Of a DNA stretch of 47,020 nucleotides, positions 20,125 through 29,964 are shown piece by piece; within the stretch, counting starts at the first letter, position 1, and each line of letters begins with the position of its first letter. The position numbers were made by a program, and so were the translations under genes. The DNA is from Candidatus Limnocylindrales bacterium (GTDB lineage Bacteria > Chloroflexota > Limnocylindria > Limnocylindrales > CSP1-4). The notes beneath the pieces are model-generated. The model made no database searches. It was not told the origin of the DNA and saw only the letters and a program-made list of their open reading frames with translations. The stretch spans positions 1 through 47,020 of the forward strand of contig JBFLKP010000251.1 of the NCBI GenBank assembly GCA_040883225.1. The letters run 5' to 3'.

Positions 20125-20316
20125 GTCCCGATCGTACGGTCGCGCACACGGCGGTGGAACCGCCACGGCAGCCGATTCCGACCAGTGAAGCCCGCTCTGG
20201 CAGGAATCGTCAGGCATCGGACCTTCCAGTCAGCCTCTTCACACGACACGCTCCTGGCACGGAACGTCAGGAATGGCGAAGTGCGCCGAACGCGTTCCCC
20301 TCGGAAGGAGTGATCC

Positions 20317-21012
20317 ATGTCACGCATCGGAGGCTGGGCCGGCATCGGCGCCGCCATCACCTACCTCGTCGGCTTCGCCCTCGCCGGCACCCTGCTCGCC
20401 GACACGGTCGGCATGGCCGCCGTGGAGTACGTCGCGTTCCTCGCCGACAACGAGGCCATCCTGTACGTCTGGTCCACGATCATCTATGTCATCAACGGCG
20501 CCCTGCTCGCGGCCCTGGTCGTGGCGGTCTCCTCTCGGCTCGCGCCGCGAACCCCGGACGTCGCTCGCATCGCCGGCGCCATCGGCCTCATCTGGGCCGG
20601 CCTGGTGATCGCGGCAGGCATGGTCCGCCTCACCAGCCTGACCGCCGTGGTCGGCCTGCACGCGAGCGACCCATCGGCCGCCGCTTCGCTGTGGCCGGCC
20701 CTCGAAGCGGTGCAGGAAGGCCTGGGTGGGGGCATCGAGGTTCCGGGCGGCCTGTGGGTCCTGCTCGTGAGCATCGGGGGCCTCCGCAGCGCTGTCCTGC
20801 CCCGCCAGCTGCACTATCTGGGGCTCGGCAACGGCCTCGCGGGCATCCTCACCATCGTGCCCGGCGTCGAGATCTTCGCCGTGGTCTTCGGCCTTGGCAT
20901 GCTCACGTGGTTCGCGTGGGTCGGCATCGTGCTTCTGCGCGAGAGTCGCGTCGCCGAGCCGCTGAGGGCCCCCGGCACCCGTCCGAACGCGATCGCCAGA
21001 CCGGTTGCCTGA
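20317..21012 (+). CDS. integral membrane protein (about 6 TM helices; DUF4386-like)
   Basis: Has a strong Shine-Dalgarno sequence GGAAGGAG 7 nt upstream of the ATG and multiple hydrophobic helices. The family assignment is from memory only. Confidence 0.65.
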   Translation: MSRIGGWAGIGAAITYLVGFALAGTLLADTVGMAAVEYVAFLADNEAILYVWSTIIYVINGALLAALVVAVSSRLAPRTPDVARIAGAIGLIWAGLVIAAGMVRLTSLTAVVGLHASDPSAAASLWPALEAVQEGLGGGIEVPGGLWVLLVSIGGLRSAVLPRQLHYLGLGNGLAGILTIVPGVEIFAVVFGLGMLTWFAWVGIVLLRESRVAEPLRAPGTRPNAIARPVA

Positions 21013-21077
21013 GCACGACCTTGCGACATCGAGTCCTGCGCGTTGACGACACCTCCGAGCGCCTCGAAGATGGGTCG

Positions 21078-22049
21078 ATGCGCAACCGGAGGGTCGTCAT
21101 CGTCGTGTTCCCGGGCGTGCTCGGCGTCGACGCCTTCGGCCCGGCCGACGTCTTCTACTTCGCCGACTACCTCGCCGAGCGGGCCGGCGAGCCCCGCCTG
21201 CCGTACGACGTGGAGTTCGCGGCAGCGGAGGTCGGCGCGGTGCCCACCGCGGCCGGTCCGAGCCTCCACGCTGCTCGTTCGATCCATGACCCCACGCTGC
21301 GGCCGGACGTCCTGCTCGTGGCCGGAGGGCTCGCCGCGGTCACGACGGCGCGGGATGCCGACTTCGTCGCTGGTGTCGCCGGGCTGGCCGAACGGAGCGG
21401 CGAGGTCGGGTCCGTCTGTACCGGCGCGGTCATCCTGGCAGCGGCCGGCCTGCTCGATGGACGCAGAGCCGCCACGCACTGGGCCCTCGCCGATCAGGTC
21501 CGGGCCGAGTATCCCGAGCTCGACGTGGACCCGGACCGGATCTTCGTGCACGACGGGGTCTGGAGCTCCGCGGGCGTGACCGCCGGCATCGACCTTGCGC
21601 TGCAGATCGTCCAGACGCACCACGGCCAACCCATGGCCGCCGAGGCCGCTCGACACATGGTCGTCTACCTGCGCCGCGCCGGCGGGCAGCAGCAATACAG
21701 CACCCACCTGGCCGCGCAGGAGTCGGTGAGCCCGACCCTCGGCGACCTGCTCTCGTACATCGCCGACCACCCGTCACGCGACCTCTCGGTGGCCGCCCTC
21801 GCCGAGCGGGCGAACATGAGCGAACGCAGCTTCCAGCGGCTCTTCACGCGCGAGGTCGGGGTGAGTCCCGGCAAGTACGTGGAGCAGACGCGCATCGACG
21901 CGGCCAGGCGGCTTCTCGAGCAGACCGAAGACGGCGTGGCCGGCATCGCGGGCCACTGCGGGTTCACCAACGCTGAGACGTTCCACCGCTCGTTCAAGCG
22001 CCGGGTCGGGGTCACGCCGACCGAGTACCGCCAACGGTTCGCCGGATGA
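21078..22049 (+). CDS. GlxA family transcriptional regulator (DJ-1/PfpI domain + AraC-type HTH)
   Basis: Has the DJ-1 elbow SVCTGAVILAAAGLLDGRRAATHW and a C-terminal AraC HTH (ERANMSERSFQRLF...GFTNAETFHRSFKRRVGVTPTEYRQRF). The long N-terminal extension of ORF 20154..22049 was rejected. Confidence 0.9.
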   Translation: MRNRRVVIVVFPGVLGVDAFGPADVFYFADYLAERAGEPRLPYDVEFAAAEVGAVPTAAGPSLHAARSIHDPTLRPDVLLVAGGLAAVTTARDADFVAGVAGLAERSGEVGSVCTGAVILAAAGLLDGRRAATHWALADQVRAEYPELDVDPDRIFVHDGVWSSAGVTAGIDLALQIVQTHHGQPMAAEAARHMVVYLRRAGGQQQYSTHLAAQESVSPTLGDLLSYIADHPSRDLSVAALAERANMSERSFQRLFTREVGVSPGKYVEQTRIDAARRLLEQTEDGVAGIAGHCGFTNAETFHRSFKRRVGVTPTEYRQRFAG

Positions 22050-22104
22050 CACGCGCCCACCCCACCGCGACACTGCCACACCCCTATCGTGATCGGAGGA
22101 CGAG

Positions 22105-22515
22105 GTGACCGGAGCGACCGTCAAGCAGCTGCGGCTCGTGATCGAGGCGGAGGACTTCGAGGGGGCCGTGGCCTTCTACCGCGATGCCCTGGGGCTGGTC
22201 GAGGAGTTTGCCGTGGACAACGACGGTGGGGCGCGCGTGGTGGCGCTCGGGGCGGGACGAGCCACGCTCGAGATCGTCAACCCGGCACAGCGTCGCCTGA
22301 TCGACGAGCTCGAGGTCGGTCGAGAGGTCAGCCGGTCGATCCGCGTGGGCTTCGAGGTCGACGACGCTGCCGCCATGACCGCGGGGCTGATCGCCGCCGG
22401 CGCGAGCCTCGTCGCCGCCCCGACCGAGACACCATGGCGCTCGTTGAACTCGCGGCTGGAAGGTCCGGCCGGCCTGCAGCTGACCCTCTTCGAGGAGCTC
22501 GATCGGGCCGACTGA
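22105..22515 (+). CDS. VOC family protein (glyoxalase/bleomycin-resistance fold)
   Basis: Its 136-aa size and the pattern FYRDALGL...ATLEI...VGFEVDD fit the family. GGAGGA lies upstream of the GTG. Confidence 0.8.
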   Translation: MTGATVKQLRLVIEAEDFEGAVAFYRDALGLVEEFAVDNDGGARVVALGAGRATLEIVNPAQRRLIDELEVGREVSRSIRVGFEVDDAAAMTAGLIAAGASLVAAPTETPWRSLNSRLEGPAGLQLTLFEELDRAD

Positions 22516-22598
22516 ACGTCCCACACACCGGCCGGCTGGGCCCGAGTGAGTTCCCGCGGGCCGGACCGTGCCATCGGTTCAAGTGCCTCGCGTGCGGC

Positions 22599-23624
22599 CT
22601 ACCCGGGCCAGCCGCCGACCGCCTCTGCCTTGGCTCGCTCGCGGAGCGCGGCGCGTTCGGCGATGAGCTCGGCCCTGCGCGCGGCCAGCCGGTCCTTGCG
22701 TGCCTGCCGGGCCTCGCGATACTGCTCGATGGTGGCGTTGAGCTCGCCACCGAGCAGAAGGATGAGCGCCACGAAGTAGAGCCACAGCAGCAGGATGATG
22801 ACGCCGCTGATGCTGCCGTAGGTCTCGCCGTAGGAGCTGAACTCCGTGATGTAGTAGCCGAAGCCGAGGGTCATGGCGACCCAGCAGGGGACGAACAGGA
22901 GCACGCCCGGGATGACCGAACGGGGCCGCACCTCGGTCGCCGGCGCGGCCCAGTAGAGGAACCCCGAAGCGAGCGCCAGGGCGAGCACCGACAGCGGATA
23001 GCGCACGACCTCGAAGACCCCGATGGCTACGTCCCCGAAGCCGAGAGCGCGCGCGAAGTCCTCGGTCACCTGCTGGCCGCCCAGCAGCAGCACGAAGAAG
23101 ACCACGAAGCTCGTGGCCAGCAGGACCGTCAATGCGAGGGCGATCACGAGCCGGCGCCCGAAGGAGCGCACCTCCGTCAGGTCGTAGGCCCGGTTGAGTG
23201 CCTTGATGAGCGCCTTCATGCCCGACGAGGCGGCGTAGACCGTGAGCAGCAGGCCCAGCGAGAAGAGGGCCAGGCTGCGCTCGCCGACCACGGCCTCGAG
23301 CTGCGGCTGGATGACGGCCGTGGCCTCTGGCGGCAGCTGCGAGCCGACCGCGTCGATGAGCGCGTCGGTGGGGTCGACGATGGGCAGGCTCTCGGCCGCG
23401 AACCGGCTGAGCACCACGAGCATGATCATCACCGGGAAGAGCGCGAACAGCCAGCGATAGGAGAGCTCCGCGGCAAGGCCCAGCAGGTCATCGTCGAAGA
23501 CCTCACGCACGTAGGTCGTGGCCAGCCTGTGGTGCCGCCCCCATCTGCTCCGCTCGAGCGCGACGAGCGACTTGCGCTGCTCACGCGACAGCCTCGCGTG
23601 CATCGTCGCGATAGGTGCGGGCAT
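22599..23624 (-). CDS. YihY/BrkB (virulence factor BrkB / 'RNase BN-like') family membrane protein
   Basis: Has the signature LAAELSYRWLFALFPVMIML and about 6 TM helices. ATG 23624 is taken as the start, with 23603 as an alternative. Confidence 0.8.
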   Translation of the reverse strand: MPAPIATMHARLSREQRKSLVALERSRWGRHHRLATTYVREVFDDDLLGLAAELSYRWLFALFPVMIMLVVLSRFAAESLPIVDPTDALIDAVGSQLPPEATAVIQPQLEAVVGERSLALFSLGLLLTVYAASSGMKALIKALNRAYDLTEVRSFGRRLVIALALTVLLATSFVVFFVLLLGGQQVTEDFARALGFGDVAIGVFEVVRYPLSVLALALASGFLYWAAPATEVRPRSVIPGVLLFVPCWVAMTLGFGYYITEFSSYGETYGSISGVIILLLWLYFVALILLLGGELNATIEQYREARQARKDRLAARRAELIAERAALRERAKAEAVGGWPG

Positions 23625-23714
23625 GCCGGGACGCCGGATCGGTGGTGTCACGGTCACGAGCGTAGCGCGACCGCTTCGGGCCTGACGCCCCCACCCATCG
23701 ACTAGCATCACCAT

Positions 23715-24446
23715 GTGACCACCGTCGGACCCATCGGCATCATGTGCGCGCTGCCGCAGGAGCAGGAGCTCCTCCTCGCGGCCATCGGCGACCCTGCTCC
23801 CCTGCCCCATCGAGGCATCGCGGCTCGGCAGGGCACGCTCGACGGCCACGCGGTCGTGATCGCGGCGGCCGGCGTGGGCAAGGTACCCGCTGCCATCACG
23901 GCCACGCTCATGGTCGAACGCCTGGGTTGCCGCGCCCTCGTGCTGAGCGGTGTCGCCGGGGGCTTGAGCGATGACGCCGGCATCGGCGACATCGTCATCG
24001 CCGATCGGGTCATCGACGTCGACTATGGCCGCCTCACCCCCGAGGGCCGCATCGTCTACCAGCCGGGCGTCCTGCCCATTCCCGAGGAGAAGCCCGATCC
24101 TGGCTACCGACTGCCCGAACCGCTCCTCGAGCGCGTGCGCGCCCGCCTGGCCATGGCCGGGATCGAGGCCACGCTGGGCACGGTCCTCACGACCGACGCG
24201 TACCTCGCCTCACCTGCGGAGCGGGATGCGCTGGCCGGCGAATGGGACGGCCTGGCCGTCGAGATGGAAGGCTCCGCCCTGTGCGGCGTGGCCGAACGAT
24301 TCGGCCTGCCATGGCTGGTCGTGCGGGCGCTCTCCGATCGTGCCGGCGAGGACTCACTCGACGACTTCAACACCTTCATCGACGCGGCCGCGGCCAACTC
24401 GGCGACCATCGTGCGCACGCTGCTCCCGGCCTTCGACCAGTACTGA
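23715..24446 (+). CDS. mtnN: 5'-methylthioadenosine/S-adenosylhomocysteine nucleosidase
   Basis: A PNP_UDP_1 fold, with IGIMCALPQEQ, SGVAGGL, and AVEMEGSALCGVA ... VVRALSD. Confidence 0.85.
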   Translation: MTTVGPIGIMCALPQEQELLLAAIGDPAPLPHRGIAARQGTLDGHAVVIAAAGVGKVPAAITATLMVERLGCRALVLSGVAGGLSDDAGIGDIVIADRVIDVDYGRLTPEGRIVYQPGVLPIPEEKPDPGYRLPEPLLERVRARLAMAGIEATLGTVLTTDAYLASPAERDALAGEWDGLAVEMEGSALCGVAERFGLPWLVVRALSDRAGEDSLDDFNTFIDAAAANSATIVRTLLPAFDQY

Positions 24447-24535
24447 TCGGCGAGGCCGATGGTCACCGAGGGGTTGGCGCGTCATGCGACCACGTTGTAG
24501 GGTGCGGGTGCCTGCCCAACGAAGGGAGTCCAGAC

Positions 24536-25234
24536 ATGCCTCAGAACCATCGTCGCAGGTCCACCATCGTCCTCGGTTCGGTGCTCGCGATCGCGCTGGC
24601 CGCCGGCTCGCTCGCGGGCCCGGTCGCAGCCGTCCCCGACCCCGCCAAGGCCGAGCAACGCGCTGAGCAGAAGGCCGAACGCGCGGCGCTGCGGGCCGAG
24701 CACAAGGCTCAGCGAAAGGCCTTGCGGGCCGAGCAGAAGGCTGCGCGGGAAGCGCTACGGGCCGAGCGCCGGGCCGAGCGGGAAGCACTACGGGCCGAGC
24801 GCAGGGCTGAGCGAGACGCATCGTGGGCCGGGCGAGCGGAGCTGCGTGAGGCGGCCAAGGCCGAGCGAGTGGAGCTGCGCGAGGCGCGCAAGGCCGCGCT
24901 CGAGGAGCGCAAGGTCGACGCCAAGGCGCTGCGCGAGGAAGCGCGCGCCGCGATCGCGGAGCTACGGGACGGCTTCTCCGAGATGACCGTCGAGGAACGC
25001 CAGGCGACCCTCGACCAGATCCGCGACGTCCGCGAGGGCTACCAGGTGTTGTTCCTCGCGTTGATGGAGGCCTGGCGTACCGAACGAGACGAGCTGCTGC
25101 CGAACACGTTGACCCATCCGACCGACGAGACCGACGTCGAGCCCGAGGAGACCGAGCCCGAGCCCGAGAAGACCAAGGCCGAGGCCGAGGAGACCGAGCC
25201 CGAGGAGACCGGGACCGAGCCCGAGGAGGGCTGA
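24536..25234 (+). CDS. secreted repetitive protein: signal peptide, 11-residue (hendecad) ALRAExxAxRx repeats, acidic TEPEE tail
   Basis: GAAGGGAG lies upstream of ATG 24536. The signal-like segment is RRRSTIVLGSVLAIALAAGSLAGPVAA. The body is helical, charged and repetitive. Confidence 0.7.
   Translation: MPQNHRRRSTIVLGSVLAIALAAGSLAGPVAAVPDPAKAEQRAEQKAERAALRAEHKAQRKALRAEQKAAREALRAERRAEREALRAERRAERDASWAGRAELREAAKAERVELREARKAALEERKVDAKALREEARAAIAELRDGFSEMTVEERQATLDQIRDVREGYQVLFLALMEAWRTERDELLPNTLTHPTDETDVEPEETEPEPEKTKAEAEETEPEETGTEPEEG
24686..24817 (+). repeat. four tandem 33-bp coding repeats (ALRAEHKAQRK / ALRAEQKAARE / ALRAERRAERE / ALRAERRAERD)
   Basis: Read directly from the translated sequence. 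The unit length is 11 codons. Confidence 0.75.
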
Positions 25235-25264
25235 TCGACCGAGCCTCGCTTCATCCCAACGCGT

Positions 25265-26092
25265 CTAGTGCGTCAGGATCTGCGAGAGGAAGAGCTTCGT
25301 GCGGTCGTGCTGCGGATCCTCGAAGATCTGCTCGGGCGTGCCCGTCTCGACGATCTGCCCGAAGTCGAAGAAGACCATGCGGTCGGCGGCGGCCTTGGCG
25401 AAGCCCATCTCGTGCGTCACCACGAGCATGGTCATGCCCGACTCGGCCAGCTCGCGCATGACGTCGAGGACCTCGGAGATCATCTCCGGGTCCAGCGCCG
25501 AGGTGGGCTCGTCGAAGAGCATGATCTTGGGGTCCATGGCCAGGGCCCGCGCGATGGCCACGCGCTGCTGCTGCCCACCCGACAGCTGCGCCGGGTACTT
25601 CATGGCCTGCTCGGGGATGCCCACGCGGTTGAGCAGCTGCATCGCCCGCTCCTCGGCCTCCTCGCGGCGGATCTTGCGCACGCGGATGGGCCCAAGCGTG
25701 ATGTTCTGCAGGACCGAGAGGTGGGGGAAGAGGTTGAACTGCTGGAAGACCATGCCGATCTCGGAGCGGATGGCGGCGATGTTGCGGATGTCGTTGGAGA
25801 GCTCGATGCCGTCGATGATGATGTCGCCCCGCTGATGCTCCTCGAGGCGGTTGATGCAGCGGATCCAGGTCGACTTGCCCGAACCTGACGGGCCCGCGAT
25901 GACGAGGACCTCGCCAGCCTTGACGTTGATGTTGATGTCGTTGAGCACGTGCAGCTCGCCGAACCACTTGTGCACGTTCTTGCAGACGACGATGTCCTCC
26001 GCCTCGGGACCGGGCGGCGTGCGCTTGACGTCGCGCGGCTTGGTCGTGATGCCCTTGACCTCGGGCTCGTTTCGCTGCAGAGGCTCACTCAT
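25265..26092 (-). CDS. aapP: amino-acid ABC transporter ATP-binding protein (general L-amino-acid type)
   Basis: Has Walker [10 protein letters not shown], the signature [15 protein letters not shown], and Walker [12 protein letters not shown]. An ATGA-type overlap joins it to the upstream permease gene. Confidence 0.9.
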   Translation of the reverse strand: MSEPLQRNEPEVKGITTKPRDVKRTPPGPEAEDIVVCKNVHKWFGELHVLNDININVKAGEVLVIAGPSGSGKSTWIRCINRLEEHQRGDIIIDGIELSNDIRNIAAIRSEIGMVFQQFNLFPHLSVLQNITLGPIRVRKIRREEAEERAMQLLNRVGIPEQAMKYPAQLSGGQQQRVAIARALAMDPKIMLFDEPTSALDPEMISEVLDVMRELAESGMTMLVVTHEMGFAKAAADRMVFFDFGQIVETGTPEQIFEDPQHDRTKLFLSQILTH

Positions 26093-27315
26093 CGTTCACC
26101 GATCCCTAGTTCCTTTTCGAGACGATAGCTGGCTTGGCTGAGGGTGTAGCTGAGGACGAAGAAGACCACCGCGATGAAGCCGTAGACCTCGAACTGCGTG
26201 CCCAGCCACTCGGGGTTGGCGAGGACCGCTCGGCCGATGCCGAGGAGCTCGAGCAGACCGATGATGTAGGCCAGCGTGGTGTCCTTCAAGAGGCTGATGA
26301 AGAGGCCCACGTTGGCCGGGATGGTGATGCGCAGGGCCTGCGGCAGGACGATGAAGACCGTCGTCTGCCACGTCCGCAGGCCGATGGCGAAGGCCGCCTC
26401 GTGCTGTCCGCGCGGGATGGCCTGCAAGCCGCCGCGCACGTTCTCGGCCACGTAGGCGGCGCTGAAGAGCGTGATGCCGCCGATGGCGCGGATGACGTTG
26501 TCGATGCGCAGCCCATCGGGAAGCACCAGTGGGAACAGGAACTGGGCCATGAACAGGATGCTGATGAGGGGCACGGCGCGGATGATCTCGATGTAGGCGA
26601 TCGACACCACGCGCACCACCGGCAGGCGACTCTGACGCCCGACGGCCAGGGCCACGCCCAGCGGGAACGAGAGCAGGATGCCCGCGATCGAGAGCACCAT
26701 CGTGAGCAGCAACCCGCCCCACAGGTTGGACGAGACCGAGGCCAGGCCAGCAGCGCCCAGGCCGGCCAGCAGCAGCACCATGGCCACCGCCGCTCCCAGC
26801 CACACCAGCGAGATCCACAGACGGCGGACGGGGAAGCGCCGGGCCGCGAGCATGAAGACCCACACCACCGCGGCGCCCAGCACCAGCGCACCCGCCGCGG
26901 CGAGACCGAGGTCGGAGATGAAGATCAGCCCCGCCATCAGCAGCTGACCGACGATCAGCATCATCGCCAGCATGCGCACGGCACCACTGTTCGACGAGCC
27001 CGCGGACAGGCCGGTGGCCGCGGATAGCAGCACCATCGCCAGCCACACGCGCCAGATCTCCTCGGGCGGATAGCGACCCACGAGGAAGAGGCGCATGTTC
27101 TCGGTGATGACGCCCCAGCGTGCGTCGAAGATCATCCACGAGCCGAGGCCGTAGACGATGGCCGCCACGAACAGCGCCGTCACGATGGTGAGCAGGCCGT
27201 TGAGCTTGCTGCTGAAGAGGTTGTGGCTCAGCCAGCCGATGACCCCGACCTCGGTGGTCGGCGGGCGGACCTCCTCGGGTGCCGGTGCGGCGCCCGGACC
27301 CAGGCTAGCGCTCAT
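26089..27315 (-). CDS. aapM: amino-acid ABC transporter permease (large AapM/BztC-type)
   Basis: A permease of about 400 aa with an extended N-terminal TM bundle and the conserved EAA-like segment [23 protein letters not shown]. Confidence 0.85.
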   Translation of the reverse strand: MSASLGPGAAPAPEEVRPPTTEVGVIGWLSHNLFSSKLNGLLTIVTALFVAAIVYGLGSWMIFDARWGVITENMRLFLVGRYPPEEIWRVWLAMVLLSAATGLSAGSSNSGAVRMLAMMLIVGQLLMAGLIFISDLGLAAAGALVLGAAVVWVFMLAARRFPVRRLWISLVWLGAAVAMVLLLAGLGAAGLASVSSNLWGGLLLTMVLSIAGILLSFPLGVALAVGRQSRLPVVRVVSIAYIEIIRAVPLISILFMAQFLFPLVLPDGLRIDNVIRAIGGITLFSAAYVAENVRGGLQAIPRGQHEAAFAIGLRTWQTTVFIVLPQALRITIPANVGLFISLLKDTTLAYIIGLLELLGIGRAVLANPEWLGTQFEVYGFIAVVFFVLSYTLSQASYRLEKELGIGER

Positions 27316-28516
27316 GGATCTGCACCATGCGGTTGTAGATGTTCATGAGCACCGAGGTCGCGAGGCTGACGATGAGGTACACGCCCATGACGATGGCCAG
27401 CACCGACACCGGCTGGCCCGTCTGCTCCGAGACCGTGCGGCTGATGTTGAAGATGTCGGCGTAGCCGATGGCCAGCGCGAGGCTCGAGTTCTTGATGAGA
27501 TTGAGGTACTGGCTCGTCAGCGGCGGGATGATGATGCGCAGCGCCTGTGGCAGGACCACCAGGCGCAGGACCTCGCCTTCCCTCAGGCCGATGGTTCGGG
27601 CAGCCTCCAGCTGGCCCTTGCTCACGGCCTGGATGCCGCCACGGATGATCTCCGCGATGAAGGCGGCGGTGAAGAGCGCGAGGCCCACGGTGAGGGCCAG
27701 GAACTCGGGGCTGAAGCGCAGGCCGCCGCTGAGGTTGAAGCTGCCCAGCTCGGGGTTCTCGAAGACGAGCGGGCCGCCGGGGATGAGGAACCAGACCAGC
27801 AGCGGCAGGCCGAAGAGCACCGCCGTGGCGATCCAGCGCAGGCCCATCGTGGGCCGGCCCGCGGCCTCTCGCCGCCCAGCCACGATCCAGAGGGTGAAGA
27901 AGGCGACCACGGCGATGATGAGCGAAGTCAGCCAGATCGGTCCGTCGGGCGCCACCTCCGGACGAGGCATGTAGAACCCGCGCTGGCTCAGGTACATGTC
28001 CAGAGGGAGGCGGATCGACTCCCGCACCGCAGGCATCTGCAGGAAGACCACGAAGTAGATGACCAGCAGTTGGACCAGCACCGGCGTGTTGCGGAAGATC
28101 TCGACGTACGCCAGCGCGACCTTGGCCACCAGCCAGTTGCCCGAGAGGCGCGCGATACCCACGATGAGGCCGATGATCGTGGCCAGGAAGATGCCCACGA
28201 TGCTGACCATGATCGTGTTCAGCAGGCCCACCAGCAGGGCGCGCGCGTAGGAGTCGTCAGCGGTGTAGGGGATGACCGACTCGGCCGGCGTGAAGCCGGC
28301 ACGGTTGTCGAGCCAGCTCAGCGTGGTCGTGATGCCCCGCGCCTGGGAGTTGGTGATGAGGTTGTTGAGCAGCCAGCCGATGACCACCAGCACGATGGCC
28401 AGGAAGACGATCTGCGTGATGACGGCGAGCACGCGTACATCCCGGTAGAACGGGATGGCTGCGCCGCTGCTACCCCCCCGCGCACCCTCAGGCGCGCCGC
28501 TCGGCTCGTCAGGCAT
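27305..28516 (-). CDS. aapQ: amino-acid ABC transporter permease (large AapQ/BztB-type)
   Basis: A permease of about 400 aa with the motif EAARTIGLREGEVLRLVVLPQAL. It overlaps aapM by 11 nt. Confidence 0.85.
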   Translation of the reverse strand: MPDEPSGAPEGARGGSSGAAIPFYRDVRVLAVITQIVFLAIVLVVIGWLLNNLITNSQARGITTTLSWLDNRAGFTPAESVIPYTADDSYARALLVGLLNTIMVSIVGIFLATIIGLIVGIARLSGNWLVAKVALAYVEIFRNTPVLVQLLVIYFVVFLQMPAVRESIRLPLDMYLSQRGFYMPRPEVAPDGPIWLTSLIIAVVAFFTLWIVAGRREAAGRPTMGLRWIATAVLFGLPLLVWFLIPGGPLVFENPELGSFNLSGGLRFSPEFLALTVGLALFTAAFIAEIIRGGIQAVSKGQLEAARTIGLREGEVLRLVVLPQALRIIIPPLTSQYLNLIKNSSLALAIGYADIFNISRTVSEQTGQPVSVLAIVMGVYLIVSLATSVLMNIYNRMVQIHER

Positions 28517-28547
28517 CGCTAGCTACTGCTCGTCGGAGATACAAGTA

Positions 28548-28584
28548 TCGACCCCGGGACGACCGCTGGTCACCCCGGGGTCGA
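28548..28584 (-). other. intercistronic stem-loop between aapJ and aapQ
   Basis: TCGACCCCGGG-N15-CCCGGGGTCGA forms a perfect 11-bp stem. It lies in the 82-nt gap between the binding-protein gene and the first permease gene. Confidence 0.5.
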
Positions 28585-28598
28585 CAGCTATCGCTCTA

Positions 28599-29642
28599 CT
28601 AGCGGAACGGCGGCGAGTACATCAGGCCGCCCTCGGTCCAGAGGGCATTGAGCGTGCCCTCACGGCCGAGGTTCAGCGCCGTGTCCGGGCCGAACGAGCG
28701 GTCGTAGATCTCACCGTAGTTGCCGACGGCCTTGATGACCTGGACGGTGAAGTCGTCGGAGATGCCGAGCGCCGTGCCGTAGCCGCCATCCTCACCGAGG
28801 AAGCGGGCCACGACGGGGTTGTCACCACCGGCGAACGAGTCGACGTTCGTCGAATCGATACCGAGCTCCTCCGCCTGGATGGTGGCGAAGACGACCCAGC
28901 GGACGATGTCCGACCAGTTGGCGTCACCATGCGCCGTCACCGGGCCCAGGGGCTCCTTGGAGATGGTGGCCGCGAGGATGGTGTGCGCTTCCGGATCGGC
29001 GAAGGACGAACGGCGGCCCAGCAGCTGGGACTTGTCCGAGGTGACGGCGTCACAGCGGCCTTCCTCGTACTGGCCGTAGACCGTGTCGATCTCAGCCGCC
29101 ACGACCGGGGTGTACTCGACGCCCAGGAAGCTCATCTGGTCGGCGAGGTTCAGCTCGGTCGTGGTGCCCGAGGTGACGCAGATGCTGGCGCCATCGAGCT
29201 CGGTCAGCTCGGTGATGCCGAGCTCGGTCGGGACCATGATGCCCTGGCCGTCGTACAGGATGGTGGGACCGAAGTCGCCCCATGCCGTGTCACGACTGAG
29301 CGTGTGCGTGGTGTTGCGGAAGATGACGTCGACCTCACCACCCTGGATGGCGGTGGCGCGCTGGTCGGCGGTCAGCGGGGTGTACTGGACGGCCTCGGGA
29401 TCACCGAGCACCGCGGCGGCGACGGCGCGGCAGAAGTCCGCGTCCATGCCCTCGAACACGCCCGTCTCCTCGTTCAGGACGCTCATGCCGGGCAGACCAC
29501 CGTTGACACCACAGACGACCTGGCCGCGCTCCTGCACGGCGCTCAGGGTGTCACCTCCCTGCGCAGCTACGGCTGACGAGCTGAGAACGAGAGCTCCGAT
29601 GACGAGCCCGGGTACGAGTTTCTTCAAGGCCTGCTCCTCCAT
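28599..29642 (-). CDS. aapJ: amino-acid ABC transporter substrate-binding protein (AapJ/BztA-type)
   Basis: Has a signal peptide (KKLVPGLVIGALVLSSSAVAAQ) and then a type-2 periplasmic-binding-protein pattern (VVCGVNGGLPGMS...DADFCRAVAAAVLGD...DVIFRNTTHTLSRD). The start is trimmed to M62 of ORF 28599..29825. Confidence 0.85.
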   Translation of the reverse strand: MEEQALKKLVPGLVIGALVLSSSAVAAQGGDTLSAVQERGQVVCGVNGGLPGMSVLNEETGVFEGMDADFCRAVAAAVLGDPEAVQYTPLTADQRATAIQGGEVDVIFRNTTHTLSRDTAWGDFGPTILYDGQGIMVPTELGITELTELDGASICVTSGTTTELNLADQMSFLGVEYTPVVAAEIDTVYGQYEEGRCDAVTSDKSQLLGRRSSFADPEAHTILAATISKEPLGPVTAHGDANWSDIVRWVVFATIQAEELGIDSTNVDSFAGGDNPVVARFLGEDGGYGTALGISDDFTVQVIKAVGNYGEIYDRSFGPDTALNLGREGTLNALWTEGGLMYSPPFR

Positions 29643-29964
29643 GTGTAGATAGACCACGCACGGAGAGCGCTCCCAATCCGTCCCCGAGCGCGGCGACGGT
29701 CGTTCCCGACCGGTCGCGTCGGCGCAGGATAGCAAGTCTGGCGCCATGAAGGGCGTCTGGCGGTGGCACCGGAGCGGCTTTGGCGTGCGAATGTGACCGA
29801 ACCGAAACCCATCCGGTGCGCGCACGCACCACTACCTGCGCGCAACAGCCTTCCGCGCTCGCGCCGCGGATCTCACCCTGCTGGTGCTCCGGCAGCGCGG
29901 CCAGCACCTAGCCCTTCCCGCTACGCCGTGGTCGAGCGCGCGCCGCGAGCACGGAGCTCGCGCC

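Noticed and set aside
20154-21077. N-terminal 308 codons of the 631-aa ORF ending in the GlxA regulator
   Set aside because: This part overlaps the membrane-protein gene 20317..21012 in another frame and translates to Arg/Pro/His junk. The DJ-1 domain starts at MRNRRVVIVVF (21078).
24660-25230. Short tandem DNA repeats, considered as a CRISPR or VNTR-type non-coding array
   Set aside because: The repeats are in frame inside a high-GC3 ORF with a signal peptide. Units are contiguous with no spacers and encode an 11-residue protein repeat and an acidic tail.
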